From a virus, in the IMG/VR virus record IMGVR_UViG_3300043446_003177, positions 108,233 to 172,232 of that record: a DNA stretch of 64,000 nt, one strand, 5' to 3'. The notes under the pieces are model-generated. The model was not told the origin of the DNA. It worked only from the letters and a program-made list of their open reading frames with translations, and did no database searches. The translations under genes were made by a program, and so were the position numbers. This document shows, piece after piece, positions 48,021 through 57,157 of this stretch; within the stretch, counting starts at the first letter, position 1, and the number at the start of each line of letters is the position of its first letter.

Positions 48021-48175
48021 AAAATTACACTGTTTTTTGGTATGAGCATTGTGGTGGAAAGATTCACAAAAGATCTAAAGAATTTGAAGAAGAAAGTAAA
48101 GCAACTTGGTTTGCAAACCAAATGAAAAGATGGTATGATTGGGTTACTTGTATAGAGACTAAAGATTTTAACTAG
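48017..48175 (+). CDS. 52-aa hypothetical protein (MKNYTVFWYEHCGGKIHKRSKEFEEESKATWFANQMKRWYDWVTCIETKDFN), not in track
   Basis: ATGA overlap with gp43 stop; fills gap to uvsX. Confidence 0.6.
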   Translation: MKNYTVFWYEHCGGKIHKRSKEFEEESKATWFANQMKRWYDWVTCIETKDFN

Positions 48176-48184
48176 AGGTTATTG

Positions 48185-49186
48185 ATGGATTTTCTTAATG
48201 ATATTGTAAAAGAAATTGGAGGCGAGTATACACAACTTGCTGCAAATATTGATGAGACTGAAAAGTATGTGGACACGGGTTCGTACATTTTTAATGCACT
48301 GGTTTCAGGTAGCATATTTGGTGGTGTATCTGGGAATAAGATTACTGCTATTGCTGGAGAGTCTTCTACTGGAAAGACTTTCTTTTCTCTCGCTGTGGTT
48401 AAGAATTTTCTTGATACTCACTCCGATGGTTATTGTCTCTACTTTGATACTGAAGCCGCTATTACCAAATCTCTCTTAGAATCCCGTGGAATTGATACTT
48501 CTCGTCTTGTGGTTGTTAATGTTGTTACAATTGAAGAGTTTCGCGGAAAGGCGCTCAAAGCGGTAGATCTATATTTAAAAAAACCTGAAGGTGAACGCAA
48601 ACCTTGTATGTTTGTGTTAGACTCTTTGGGGATGCTCTCAACAGAGAAAGAAATCACTGATGCACTCAACGATAAACAAGTTCGTGATATGACCAAATCT
48701 CAACTGGTCAAGGGTGCATTCCGAATGCTCACACTTAAACTAGGTCAAGCAAATGTTCCACTCATTGTCACAAATCATACATACGATGTCATCGGAGCTT
48801 ATGTACCAACGAAAGAAATGGGGGGAGGTTCTGGACTCAAATACGCAGCAAGTACGATCATTTATCTCAGCAAAAAGAAAGAAAAGGATGGAACAGAAGT
48901 GGTCGGCAATATTATCAAAGCTAAGACTGCTAAATCGCGTTTGAGTAAGGAGAATAAAGATGTTGAAGTCCGTCTGTATTATGATGAGCGCGGCCTTGAT
49001 CGTTACTATGGTCTTCTGGAACTTGGTGAGATTGGTGGACTCTGGAAGAATGTAGCAGGACGTTATGAAATGGATGGTAAGAAAATCTATGCAAAACAGA
49101 TTCTTGCTAATCCTGAAGAATACTTCACTGAAGAGGTGATGCAAAAATTGGATGAAATTGCTAAGAAAGAATTTAGTTATGGATGA
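48185..49186 (+). CDS. uvsX: RecA-like recombinase UvsX
   Basis: GESSTGKT, YFDTE, VLDSLG, MGGGSGLKYAAS. Confidence 0.96.
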   Translation: MDFLNDIVKEIGGEYTQLAANIDETEKYVDTGSYIFNALVSGSIFGGVSGNKITAIAGESSTGKTFFSLAVVKNFLDTHSDGYCLYFDTEAAITKSLLESRGIDTSRLVVVNVVTIEEFRGKALKAVDLYLKKPEGERKPCMFVLDSLGMLSTEKEITDALNDKQVRDMTKSQLVKGAFRMLTLKLGQANVPLIVTNHTYDVIGAYVPTKEMGGGSGLKYAASTIIYLSKKKEKDGTEVVGNIIKAKTAKSRLSKENKDVEVRLYYDERGLDRYYGLLELGEIGGLWKNVAGRYEMDGKKIYAKQILANPEEYFTEEVMQKLDEIAKKEFSYG

Positions 49187-49736
49187 ACTTAATGACTTTA
49201 TTAAAATCTATGAAAATTCTTTAGAACCAGACATCTGCGATTATCTAGTAACTGTATTTGATCCTTTAGTTGATTATCAGGAAAGAATTGATAATGATGG
49301 TACGCCAAATTTTACCCAAATAAATTTGACTAAACTAGCAAAAGAATCTGATGAACTTAATGAAGTTCATGATCATATTATTAAGAAAACTTTTGAGTAT
49401 AAAAATTTGTATTATGAATACATCGATAAAAGATGTTTTCCTGAAAAACATGCATTTGAACAATTTAGAATCAAAAGATATTTAAATGATGGTAATGATC
49501 TTTTTGATACTCACGTAGATGTTACTGATTATGAAAGTTCTAGAAGATTTTTATCTTTTTTCTGGTATTTGAATGATGTTGATGATGGTGGAAAAACTGT
49601 ATTTAAAGACCTTGAAATTAAACCAGAAAAGGGAAAGTTAGTGGTTTTTCCTCCTCTTTGGTTATTCCCCCATAGAGGAGAAAAACCAATTAGCGGACCA
49701 AAATATTTGTTGAGTACTTACTTGCATTATAAATGA
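49179..49736 (+). CDS. 2OG-Fe(II) oxygenase (prolyl-4-hydroxylase-like)
   Basis: HVD...YLNDVDDGGKT...FPHRG...KY. Confidence 0.9.
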   Translation: MDELNDFIKIYENSLEPDICDYLVTVFDPLVDYQERIDNDGTPNFTQINLTKLAKESDELNEVHDHIIKKTFEYKNLYYEYIDKRCFPEKHAFEQFRIKRYLNDGNDLFDTHVDVTDYESSRRFLSFFWYLNDVDDGGKTVFKDLEIKPEKGKLVVFPPLWLFPHRGEKPISGPKYLLSTYLHYK

Positions 49737-51115
49737 TGGACAAAATTGAATTCTTAGTTCTAAGAAACCTTTTATATAATGAAGAGTATACTAGAAAAGT
49801 AATACCTTTTATTAAGAATGAATATTTTGAGGATGCTAATCAAAAAGTAGTCTTTGAGGAAATTCTTAAATTCATTCAAGAGTATAATCAATTAGTTACC
49901 AGTGAAGTTCTGTTAATTGAAATTGAAAATAGAAGAGATATCAATGAATCTTCTTTTAAAGAAATTTCTCATTTGATTTCTTCTTTGGAAAATGTTCCAG
50001 TTGAATTTAACTGGTTGGTTTCTACAACTGAAAAATGGTGTCGGGATAGGGCAATTTATCTTGCCTTAATGGAATCGATTCATATCACTGATGGAAAAGA
50101 TTCCAAAAAAGGTAGAGATAGTATTCCATCTATTCTTTCCGATGCTCTTGCTGTTAGTTTTGATACTCATATTGGACATGATTATCTAGAGGATTATGAG
50201 TTACGTTATGAGTCTTATCACAAAAAGGAGGATAAAATTGAATTTGATCTCGAATACTTTAACAAAATCACGAAAGGTGGTCTCCCTAACAAAACTCTTA
50301 ACATCGCTCTTGCTGGTACGGGTGTCGGGAAATCTCTATTCATGTGCCATGTGGCTAGCTCCGTCTTGCTCCAGGGACGGAACGTTCTGTACATTACGTT
50401 GGAAATGGCAGAAGAACGCATTGCTGAAAGAATTGACGCAAACCTCCTGAATGTTCCCATTCAAGATATTGTAGAACTTCCTAAGTCTGTTTTTGAATCA
50501 AAAGTCACCAATATCTCAAAGAAAACACAGGGAACTCTTATAATTAAAGAGTATCCCACTGCATCAGCGCATAGTGGACATTTCAAGGCACTTCTTAATG
50601 AACTTGCACTTAAGAAGTCATTTAGACCTGATATTATTTTCATTGATTACCTTAATATTTGTGCTTCCAGCAGGTATAAAGGAAACAGCAATATCAACTC
50701 TTATACTTTCGTCAAAGCTATTGCTGAAGAACTTAGGGGACTCGCAGTCGAGTTTAATGTCCCGATTGTCTCCGCTACTCAGACCACTCGTTCAGGTTAT
50801 GGTTCTTCTGATGTTGAACTTACTGATACTAGTGAGTCCTTTGGTCTTCCTGCTACTGCTGATCTTATGTTTGCCCTTATTAGCACTGAAGAGTTGGAGG
50901 GACTTGGACAGATTCTAGTTAAGCAACTTAAGAATAGGTATAATGATCCTACTATTAATAAGAGGTTTGTTATTGGAATTGATAGGGCAAAAATGAGACT
51001 ATATGATGTCGAGCAATCCGCACAACAAGATATACTTGACTCTGGTCAGGGAGAAGAGTATAATGATTACGAAGAAAAGAAACCAAAGAAAACATTTGAG
51101 GGATTTAAATTCTAA
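49733..51115 (+). CDS. gp41: Replicative helicase gp41
   Basis: AGTGVGKS, IDYLNIC, SATQTTR, KQLKNRY. Confidence 0.97.
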   Translation: MMDKIEFLVLRNLLYNEEYTRKVIPFIKNEYFEDANQKVVFEEILKFIQEYNQLVTSEVLLIEIENRRDINESSFKEISHLISSLENVPVEFNWLVSTTEKWCRDRAIYLALMESIHITDGKDSKKGRDSIPSILSDALAVSFDTHIGHDYLEDYELRYESYHKKEDKIEFDLEYFNKITKGGLPNKTLNIALAGTGVGKSLFMCHVASSVLLQGRNVLYITLEMAEERIAERIDANLLNVPIQDIVELPKSVFESKVTNISKKTQGTLIIKEYPTASAHSGHFKALLNELALKKSFRPDIIFIDYLNICASSRYKGNSNINSYTFVKAIAEELRGLAVEFNVPIVSATQTTRSGYGSSDVELTDTSESFGLPATADLMFALISTEELEGLGQILVKQLKNRYNDPTINKRFVIGIDRAKMRLYDVEQSAQQDILDSGQGEEYNDYEEKKPKKTFEGFKF

Positions 51116-51519
51116 TGACTATTGATCTTAATAAGTATATTGAATTCGTTAATACAACTACTTCTAATCCAAGTAAAGACCATGTTTCTTTCATCAACAG
51201 TCTTATGGAACTGCGAGAACGAGATTTTCCTGCCGAGCGAATGCTTACTGCTGCTGTAGGAATGTCTGCTGAGGCAGGTGAGTTTACTGAAATTGTAAAG
51301 AAGATTGTATTCCAAGGCAAACCAGTAAACCAAGAAAATCTTTTTCACTTGAAGCGTGAACTTGGAGACATTATGTGGTATGTTGCTCAAGCGTGTATTG
51401 GACTCGATATTTCACTTGAAGAAGTTATTCAAATGAACTTTGAGAAATTGAGTGCTCGTTATCCTGAAGGTGCTTTTACTATTGAGCGTTCTGAAAATCG
51501 TAAGGAGGGGGATCTGTGA
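51115..51519 (+). CDS. mazG: MazG-like nucleotide pyrophosphohydrolase
   Basis: EAGEFTEIVKK...ELGDIMWY...KLSARYP. Confidence 0.93.
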   Translation: MTIDLNKYIEFVNTTTSNPSKDHVSFINSLMELRERDFPAERMLTAAVGMSAEAGEFTEIVKKIVFQGKPVNQENLFHLKRELGDIMWYVAQACIGLDISLEEVIQMNFEKLSARYPEGAFTIERSENRKEGDL

Positions 51520-51701
51520 CTAAAGAAAAAAAAGTAACAATCAAAATGGATGCTCGTGCTGCAGCAGCAGTTCGTCAAGTTTTGTTTGATTCCCAAAAAG
51601 GATATACTTATGATGGGGCAAGTGTTCCTCCTCGTATCTCAGACATTCGTTCTGTAATTCAAGATCTTGATGATAATATTGGTGCCGTTTTAGGTGTCTG
51701 A
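51516..51701 (+). CDS. Small hypothetical protein (GTG start)
   Basis: SD AGGAGG; overlaps mazG stop. Confidence 0.65.
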   Translation: MTKEKKVTIKMDARAAAAVRQVLFDSQKGYTYDGASVPPRISDIRSVIQDLDDNIGAVLGV

Positions 51702-51717
51702 CCCGAAAGGGTTTTTT

Positions 51718-51790
51718 GGGGAATTAGCTCAGTTGGTAGAGCATCGCCTTTGCAAGGCGGGTGTCAGGAGTTCGAGTCTCCTATTCTCCA
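51718..51790 (+). tRNA. tRNA-Ala (UGC), CCA not encoded
   Basis: Cloverleaf: GGGGAAT/ATTCTCC with G3:U70, D-arm GCTC/GAGC, anticodon loop TTTGCAA, T-loop TTCGAGT, discriminator A. Confidence 0.96.
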
Positions 51791-51820
51791 TCTAAATACT
51801 TGAAAGAGTATTCTAATCTT

Positions 51821-52666
51821 ATGGCTAATAAGGGGTTGCAATTTGAAAAATGTATAATGTACTTGGCGATGAGCACTGGATATTTGAAAGAGAGAGAATA
51901 CAACACAAAAGTTGGTGAGTTTTTGTCTGACTGGCAAACCTCACCTAATGAGATCAAGATCGCTGCCTCTAATGCAATGAGAGGAATTTTTAGTGAGTGT
52001 GGGGCTACTACATTTACTCAAAAAAAAGCATTATGTAAAACATTTCAAAAAATGTCTGGTGGTGGGACTGAACCAAAAACAGATATCATGTTTGTAAAGA
52101 GTGGTAAAAAATATAAGTGTTCTCTTAAATATGGAGATGCTTTTCAGTTAAGTAGTGCTGGAATTGAAAAGACAAATCAATTCTTAACTAAAGTTATTAA
52201 AAAAGTTGCTAAAGATATGGGAAAAAACTCATTGCAATCTTTAGGCGAGATGGTAATGATATTAGAACAAATTGATGGTGTTATTGGAGACACTGTTAAA
52301 GCAGAAGAAAGTGTTATTCAAACTAAACTATCTCAATTACAGGGAGTTCAATTTGCACTGCAGCAAATATTGGGATCACGGACACAACCCAATGTTGGTG
52401 AAGCTTATATTGATTTTAAGAGAACTGCTATACGGGAGTGTTTAACTGGCGAACTAACCTTTGGGGCAAGAAATGATAGAACTGCAAACTACATTCTTGA
52501 GGGTCCAGTTTTTGCTTTGCATAAAATAGATGATGCCTATGTAAATATGGTTATGTCCAAATCATCGGTTAGAATTGCAGCTAAAGGTAGAGGTAAAGTT
52601 GAAGGTGAGGGGGGAGAAATAATAAGGTATCAAGAGGCAACGGTTAGGTTTGATGTTAAGAGTTAA
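51821..52666 (+). CDS. PD-(D/E)XK-like endonuclease
   Basis: FEK helix, EPKTDIMF..KCSLK; CTAAATA 51792-51798; track start 51761 lies in the tRNA. Confidence 0.6.
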   Translation: MANKGLQFEKCIMYLAMSTGYLKEREYNTKVGEFLSDWQTSPNEIKIAASNAMRGIFSECGATTFTQKKALCKTFQKMSGGGTEPKTDIMFVKSGKKYKCSLKYGDAFQLSSAGIEKTNQFLTKVIKKVAKDMGKNSLQSLGEMVMILEQIDGVIGDTVKAEESVIQTKLSQLQGVQFALQQILGSRTQPNVGEAYIDFKRTAIRECLTGELTFGARNDRTANYILEGPVFALHKIDDAYVNMVMSKSSVRIAAKGRGKVEGEGGEIIRYQEATVRFDVKS

Positions 52667-52701
52667 ATTAAAGAATAAATATAGGTATATCAACACAAAA
52701 T

Positions 52702-53946
52702 ATGAAAAGTTTTTCACGATTTTTATCTGAGGCGCAGTCTTCTCAAGCCGTAATGCAAGCAAAAAGGCTTGGTTTGGTTGGTGATGGTCATGGTGGGTGG
52801 TACGATAAAAATGGTGAATTTGTTGCAAAAACTGAAGGTAGTAAATTAAAGTTTTATAATAAGAATCAAGTTCCTGGGCAGCAAGATCCTCCTCAAGATA
52901 GAACTGCTGCTAATCAACAACCAGTTGCAACTCAGGTTCAAGCACCACAGCAAGAACAACCACCTGCAGAAGAACCAAAGAAAGATAAAGGAATTCTAAC
53001 CGTTGCTTTTGGGCGTTTTAATCCTCCAACAACAGGGCATGAGAAACTTCTAGATAAAGTTGCTAATGTTGCTGGAAAGGGTGAATACAAAATTTATCCA
53101 TCAAGATCTAACGATAAGAAAAAGAATCCACTAGATCCTGATACTAAAATTTCAATCATGCGTCAGATGTATCCGAAGCATGGTGAAAGAATTGTGAATG
53201 ATGCAAACTCAAAGACAATCTTTGATGTATTGAAGCAAGCACATGCAGATGGATATTCTGGAGTTAATATTGTAGTTGGTTCTGATCGTCAAGCAGAATT
53301 TGAAAAACTTGCAACTCAGTATAACGGCGAACTCTATGATTTTAAGGATTTGAATGTAGTTTCTGCTGGAGAAAGAGATCCTGATGCTGAGGGTGTGGAA
53401 GGAATGTCTGCATCCAAACTCCGCAAGGCAGCAGCAGAAGGAGACTTTAAAACATTTAGGTCAGGAGTTCCTTCCACACTTGATGATGAATCTGCAAAGA
53501 AAATATACAATACCATCCGCAAATCTATGGGTGTTAAAGAAGGATGGGACTTGTGGGAAATTGCCCCTAAATTTGATTGGAAGAATTTGAGAGAGAATTA
53601 TATCTCTCAGAATATATTTAAGATGGGGCAACTAGTTGAAAATTTAAATACGGGTCTTATTGGGAAGATAATTCGTAGAGGAACAAATTATTTAATTTGT
53701 GTAACTGAAGATAATATAATGTTTAAATCTTGGATTAAAGATGTAATGGAATATACTGAAGTTAAAATGGATACTCCAATGAGAGATAAAAAACATCCAA
53801 ATACGTTGGTTGGTACTCTAGGTGCATTTAAGCATTATGCAAAAATGACTACTGGTGCAATAGGAACTGGAAAAGAAAATCTGACTTCAAGTTCAAAGGC
53901 GTATGGTATTAATTTCATAAATAAGTATAAGGCAAATAAGAAGTAA
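52702..53946 (+). CDS. Cytidyltransferase-like (HIGH-family) nucleotidyltransferase with capsid-targeting-like N-terminus
   Basis: FGRFNPPTTGHEKL, VVGSDR, MSASKLR; ATAAATA 52675-52681. Confidence 0.88.
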   Translation: MKSFSRFLSEAQSSQAVMQAKRLGLVGDGHGGWYDKNGEFVAKTEGSKLKFYNKNQVPGQQDPPQDRTAANQQPVATQVQAPQQEQPPAEEPKKDKGILTVAFGRFNPPTTGHEKLLDKVANVAGKGEYKIYPSRSNDKKKNPLDPDTKISIMRQMYPKHGERIVNDANSKTIFDVLKQAHADGYSGVNIVVGSDRQAEFEKLATQYNGELYDFKDLNVVSAGERDPDAEGVEGMSASKLRKAAAEGDFKTFRSGVPSTLDDESAKKIYNTIRKSMGVKEGWDLWEIAPKFDWKNLRENYISQNIFKMGQLVENLNTGLIGKIIRRGTNYLICVTEDNIMFKSWIKDVMEYTEVKMDTPMRDKKHPNTLVGTLGAFKHYAKMTTGAIGTGKENLTSSSKAYGINFINKYKANKK

Positions 53947-53955
53947 AGTATTGCA

Positions 53956-55698
53956 ATGTCCACAAATCCTCTAAATGACATTTCTGCAGTTTACATGCAA
54001 GAAGTGCTAAAACCACAATTGGGTAAAAATGTTGCTAAAGCAAAACCCGAAAAGTCTGAAAAAGGTGGAGAGTCTGGTCCAAAGGATGCGTCAGAATCTT
54101 CTGCTAAAAGGATTCGTCAGGCAGTTTACGACATTCGTTATAGAGCAAGAAGGGAAGAAATTCCTCTACCCCAAGCATATAACCAATACATGTCTCACAC
54201 CACAATGAGTGGTCCAGAAAAATCTGAAGTTAAATCGAAACTTGGCGAAGAAAAAGTTTTTGAGGAAACTGAGGATAAAAAGTTTCAAGTTAGAGTGACT
54301 GATAAAAATTCTGGTAAGTCCTATGTTCGCATGGCTACTAGAGAAAAGATTAATCAACTTCGTGCTAACCCAAATATTTCTTCTGTTGAAATGACGAAGT
54401 ATGGAACTCCTTATGAGGGTGAGAAGAAAAGAGGTAAGCAAACTGCATCAGTAACTTCTGGTAAAGGTTTAGATCCCGTTGGTCATGAAGACAAGGATAT
54501 TGATAATGATGGCGATCATGATAAGAGTGATAAGTATCTTTTAAATCGTAGAAAGGCTCGTGGTGCTGCAATTCAAAAGAGAGTTGCAAAGGAAGAGTAC
54601 TCAAACTGGAGAGAAGATCTTTTTGAGATTGTGGATAAAATTAAGAAAGAAAAAGATGATAAGAAAATTGTAGAAAAAAATATTAGCAATAAGATTAATG
54701 TTCATCCAAAAATGGATGAAGCCATTGAGTCTATGGGTGGTCAACTTATTGAAATGGTTGAACTTGAAGAAGGCATGACGATGAAGGACTTCAAAAAGCA
54801 AAGAAGTCGTCAGAAGCAAAAAGAAAAGAGAGCAGCAGATAAGATTGCTCCTAATCGTAGAAAGGATATTCATACTGATAGATATTCTCCTGAGAGAGCA
54901 GCAAGACATCGTGCTAATGTAGATCCAGATTTTGAAGGTAATGATGAAAGAAACTATCCTGGTGGTAAGTTAAATCCAAAGAAAGTTCGTAAGGCAAAAG
55001 CACTTGGAGAACTTGGCGAAGCAGTTCTTGATGAAAAGACTCTGACTTCTGCTGAAACCAAAAAGAAGGAAGAGATTGTAAAGTCAATGAAGAAGAGTGC
55101 AGGTGATTTTGAAAAGAGATATCCTGGACGTGGTAAAGAAGTCATGTATGCTACTGCAACAAAGCAAGCAAAAAAGGTTGCTGAAGCAGTAGGACAAATG
55201 CCCGGAAGAGAAACTACTCCTCCAGCAGGTACAACTGCCAAGCAAGATGATGTTCAGAAAAAGCAAGTAATGAATGCTGGTGAAAAGCAAAAACTTGCAA
55301 ACTTGAAAGTGATGCAACAGAAGCAACAAATGCTTCAGCGCCAAAAACTTAATCTCCAAAAGCAAGGTAAACTTCCTTTAAATGCAGAAGAGGTTGAGAT
55401 TGTTAGTGAACTCAATCGTTATGAAAAGGAAACTGGTAAAGATTTAAAAACTGGTAAACCAGTAACAAAAGGTGGAACAATGGGTGGAGATGATACTCAT
55501 TCAAAAGTAATGAGACATATGCATAAAGTTATGGGTGCTGGTAGAATGGGTGCTGGTGGAGCAATCCAACCAAGGGGTAAAAAGAAGGACAGGGGTGGAC
55601 CAACACCTGGACCTGTTCGTACTCCTGCCCAAAAAGTAGCAAAGCGTCGTGCTGATGCTCAAAGAGCACAGGACGCAATGCACTCTAGATTTGATTGA
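53956..55698 (+). CDS. Late modular basic protein (putative internal head polyprotein)
   Basis: ATAAATA 53917-53923; basic modules between EE/LxE motifs; DxDxDG motif. Confidence 0.65.
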   Translation: MSTNPLNDISAVYMQEVLKPQLGKNVAKAKPEKSEKGGESGPKDASESSAKRIRQAVYDIRYRARREEIPLPQAYNQYMSHTTMSGPEKSEVKSKLGEEKVFEETEDKKFQVRVTDKNSGKSYVRMATREKINQLRANPNISSVEMTKYGTPYEGEKKRGKQTASVTSGKGLDPVGHEDKDIDNDGDHDKSDKYLLNRRKARGAAIQKRVAKEEYSNWREDLFEIVDKIKKEKDDKKIVEKNISNKINVHPKMDEAIESMGGQLIEMVELEEGMTMKDFKKQRSRQKQKEKRAADKIAPNRRKDIHTDRYSPERAARHRANVDPDFEGNDERNYPGGKLNPKKVRKAKALGELGEAVLDEKTLTSAETKKKEEIVKSMKKSAGDFEKRYPGRGKEVMYATATKQAKKVAEAVGQMPGRETTPPAGTTAKQDDVQKKQVMNAGEKQKLANLKVMQQKQQMLQRQKLNLQKQGKLPLNAEEVEIVSELNRYEKETGKDLKTGKPVTKGGTMGGDDTHSKVMRHMHKVMGAGRMGAGGAIQPRGKKKDRGGPTPGPVRTPAQKVAKRRADAQRAQDAMHSRFD

Positions 55699-55740
55699 TT
55701 CCTAAATAGGCTAGGATACACTCTTAAAACGGAGGTTATT

Positions 55741-55920
55741 ATGTCCGCTCTAGTAGCATGGTGTCTTGCAAATCAGGCTCTTATTGCAACTGTACTCTTT
55801 GCAGTTTCTGAAGCACTGGGAGCAAACCCAAAAGTAAAATCAAATGGTATTCTTTCACTAGTTCTTATTCAAGCTCAAGCAGCACTGAAAAAGAAAGGCG
55901 CTCAAGATTTAACTCCATAA
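55741..55920 (+). CDS. 59-aa membrane peptide, holin-like (MSALVAWCLANQALIATVLFAVSEALGANPKVKSNGILSLVLIQAQAALKKKGAQDLTP), not in track
   Basis: CTAAATA 55702-55708, SD GGAGG, hydrophobic helix followed by SEALG..P.VKSNG. Confidence 0.65.
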   Translation: MSALVAWCLANQALIATVLFAVSEALGANPKVKSNGILSLVLIQAQAALKKKGAQDLTP

Positions 55921-55944
55921 TCAAATAAAAACTTAATAATTTCG

Positions 55945-55968
55945 TGGGGAGTCTACTCCCCATTTTTT
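55945..55968 (+). terminator. Intrinsic terminator abutting late promoter TATAAATA (55968-55975)
   Basis: TGGGGAG-TCTA-CTCCCCA plus T6. Confidence 0.8.
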
Positions 55969-56007
55969 ATAAATATTTCTACGATTAAATTAATAAAGGT
56001 AAAAAGG

Positions 56008-56763
56008 ATGGCACTCTGGGGAATTTCCACAACTACTGAAACTGCTGCTAATAATTACGCTATTCCAAAGTATCAACAAAATACGGATAGAAATAGAAGC
56101 CCTTGGAATACTTTTGCAGATGTTCGTGGTTGGATTCAAAGACATTATGGAACTGCTGAGCATTCTGGTCTTTCTAGTACATACTATGATGAAGTTTTAG
56201 TTGTTGTTGCTGGATTAAATACAGGAACAGATGCTGTAGGAAATCCTGGATTAAACAATACTGGTATTGGAAGTGCTACCCCAGTTGCTATTTTCTTTGA
56301 AGATCCTAATCAAGCATCTCCTATTTCTATTGGTGCTGGTGGTACGACAGGTATTGGAACTGGTAGAACTGGATATGTTCATGTTGTATGGAATGAAAAT
56401 GTTTACTGCTCCGCTGGTGCAACAGTAAGAATTCTACGTTCAACTGGTGCAGCTCTTATTGGTACAGCAGCATCAACGGGTACAGCAGTTGTTAATTATA
56501 CAAATGCTGACGGTGCGGTATCGCAGACATTTAACGGTCAAATTTCTAATAGGATTTCCTTCGCGTTCACTGTACCAAACACTGGTATTGGAACTGTACT
56601 TTCTATTGATTTGGCTGCAGGGGTTGTTGGAACAATCACTGATTTCTCGGGTGGTGGTGCTGTAAACAAGTCACTTTCTGGTTTAATTAAGAATGTTGGC
56701 GGTGCTGGTGATTATCTGTCTGGTGTTGGTATTGGAACAACCACTTTAACAATTAAGGCATGA
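56008..56763 (+). CDS. Gly/Thr-rich virion structural protein (fiber or decoration-like)
   Basis: MALWG N-terminus, beta-rich composition, late promoter. Confidence 0.65.
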   Translation: MALWGISTTTETAANNYAIPKYQQNTDRNRSPWNTFADVRGWIQRHYGTAEHSGLSSTYYDEVLVVVAGLNTGTDAVGNPGLNNTGIGSATPVAIFFEDPNQASPISIGAGGTTGIGTGRTGYVHVVWNENVYCSAGATVRILRSTGAALIGTAASTGTAVVNYTNADGAVSQTFNGQISNRISFAFTVPNTGIGTVLSIDLAAGVVGTITDFSGGGAVNKSLSGLIKNVGGAGDYLSGVGIGTTTLTIKA

Positions 56764-56764
56764 T

Positions 56765-57157
56765 ATGATCTTCAATGAATTGAATGAGGATAATTTCCTC
56801 TTGTTTGCAATTAAACACTATGAAAATCCTCAAGCAGTTACGAAAGAAGACTTTGAGAAGGATTTGAATCATTTTAAGTATATTAAAAGATTGCTAAAAA
56901 GGTATAAAAATACCGGTAATTTAAAAACTCATCTCCTTCTCAATCATTTTATTATTCTTTATAATATATTTGGTGATGCTACCACTCCAATGCTTTTCTA
57001 TAAAATAGAGAAAGAACTTTGGGATAGTATGAAAACTTTTGTTATGTTTTTGGGTAAACTGCCTGAGTATCCAAAATGTTATATCCATGATGTTAAAGTT
57101 GATTTAGAATGTTTAAAAGAATTGCAAAAAATCTTCCATGGACAAAACGAAACTTGA
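56765..57157 (+). CDS. Conserved T4-like-phage hypothetical protein
   Basis: FNELNEDNFLLFAIKHY.NP...DL..FKYIKRL..Y. Confidence 0.75.
   Translation: MIFNELNEDNFLLFAIKHYENPQAVTKEDFEKDLNHFKYIKRLLKRYKNTGNLKTHLLLNHFIILYNIFGDATTPMLFYKIEKELWDSMKTFVMFLGKLPEYPKCYIHDVKVDLECLKELQKIFHGQNET

Noticed and set aside
51761-51820. Track start of the 301-aa ORF
   Set aside because: The GTG lies inside tRNA-Ala; ATG 51821 after the late promoter is more plausible.
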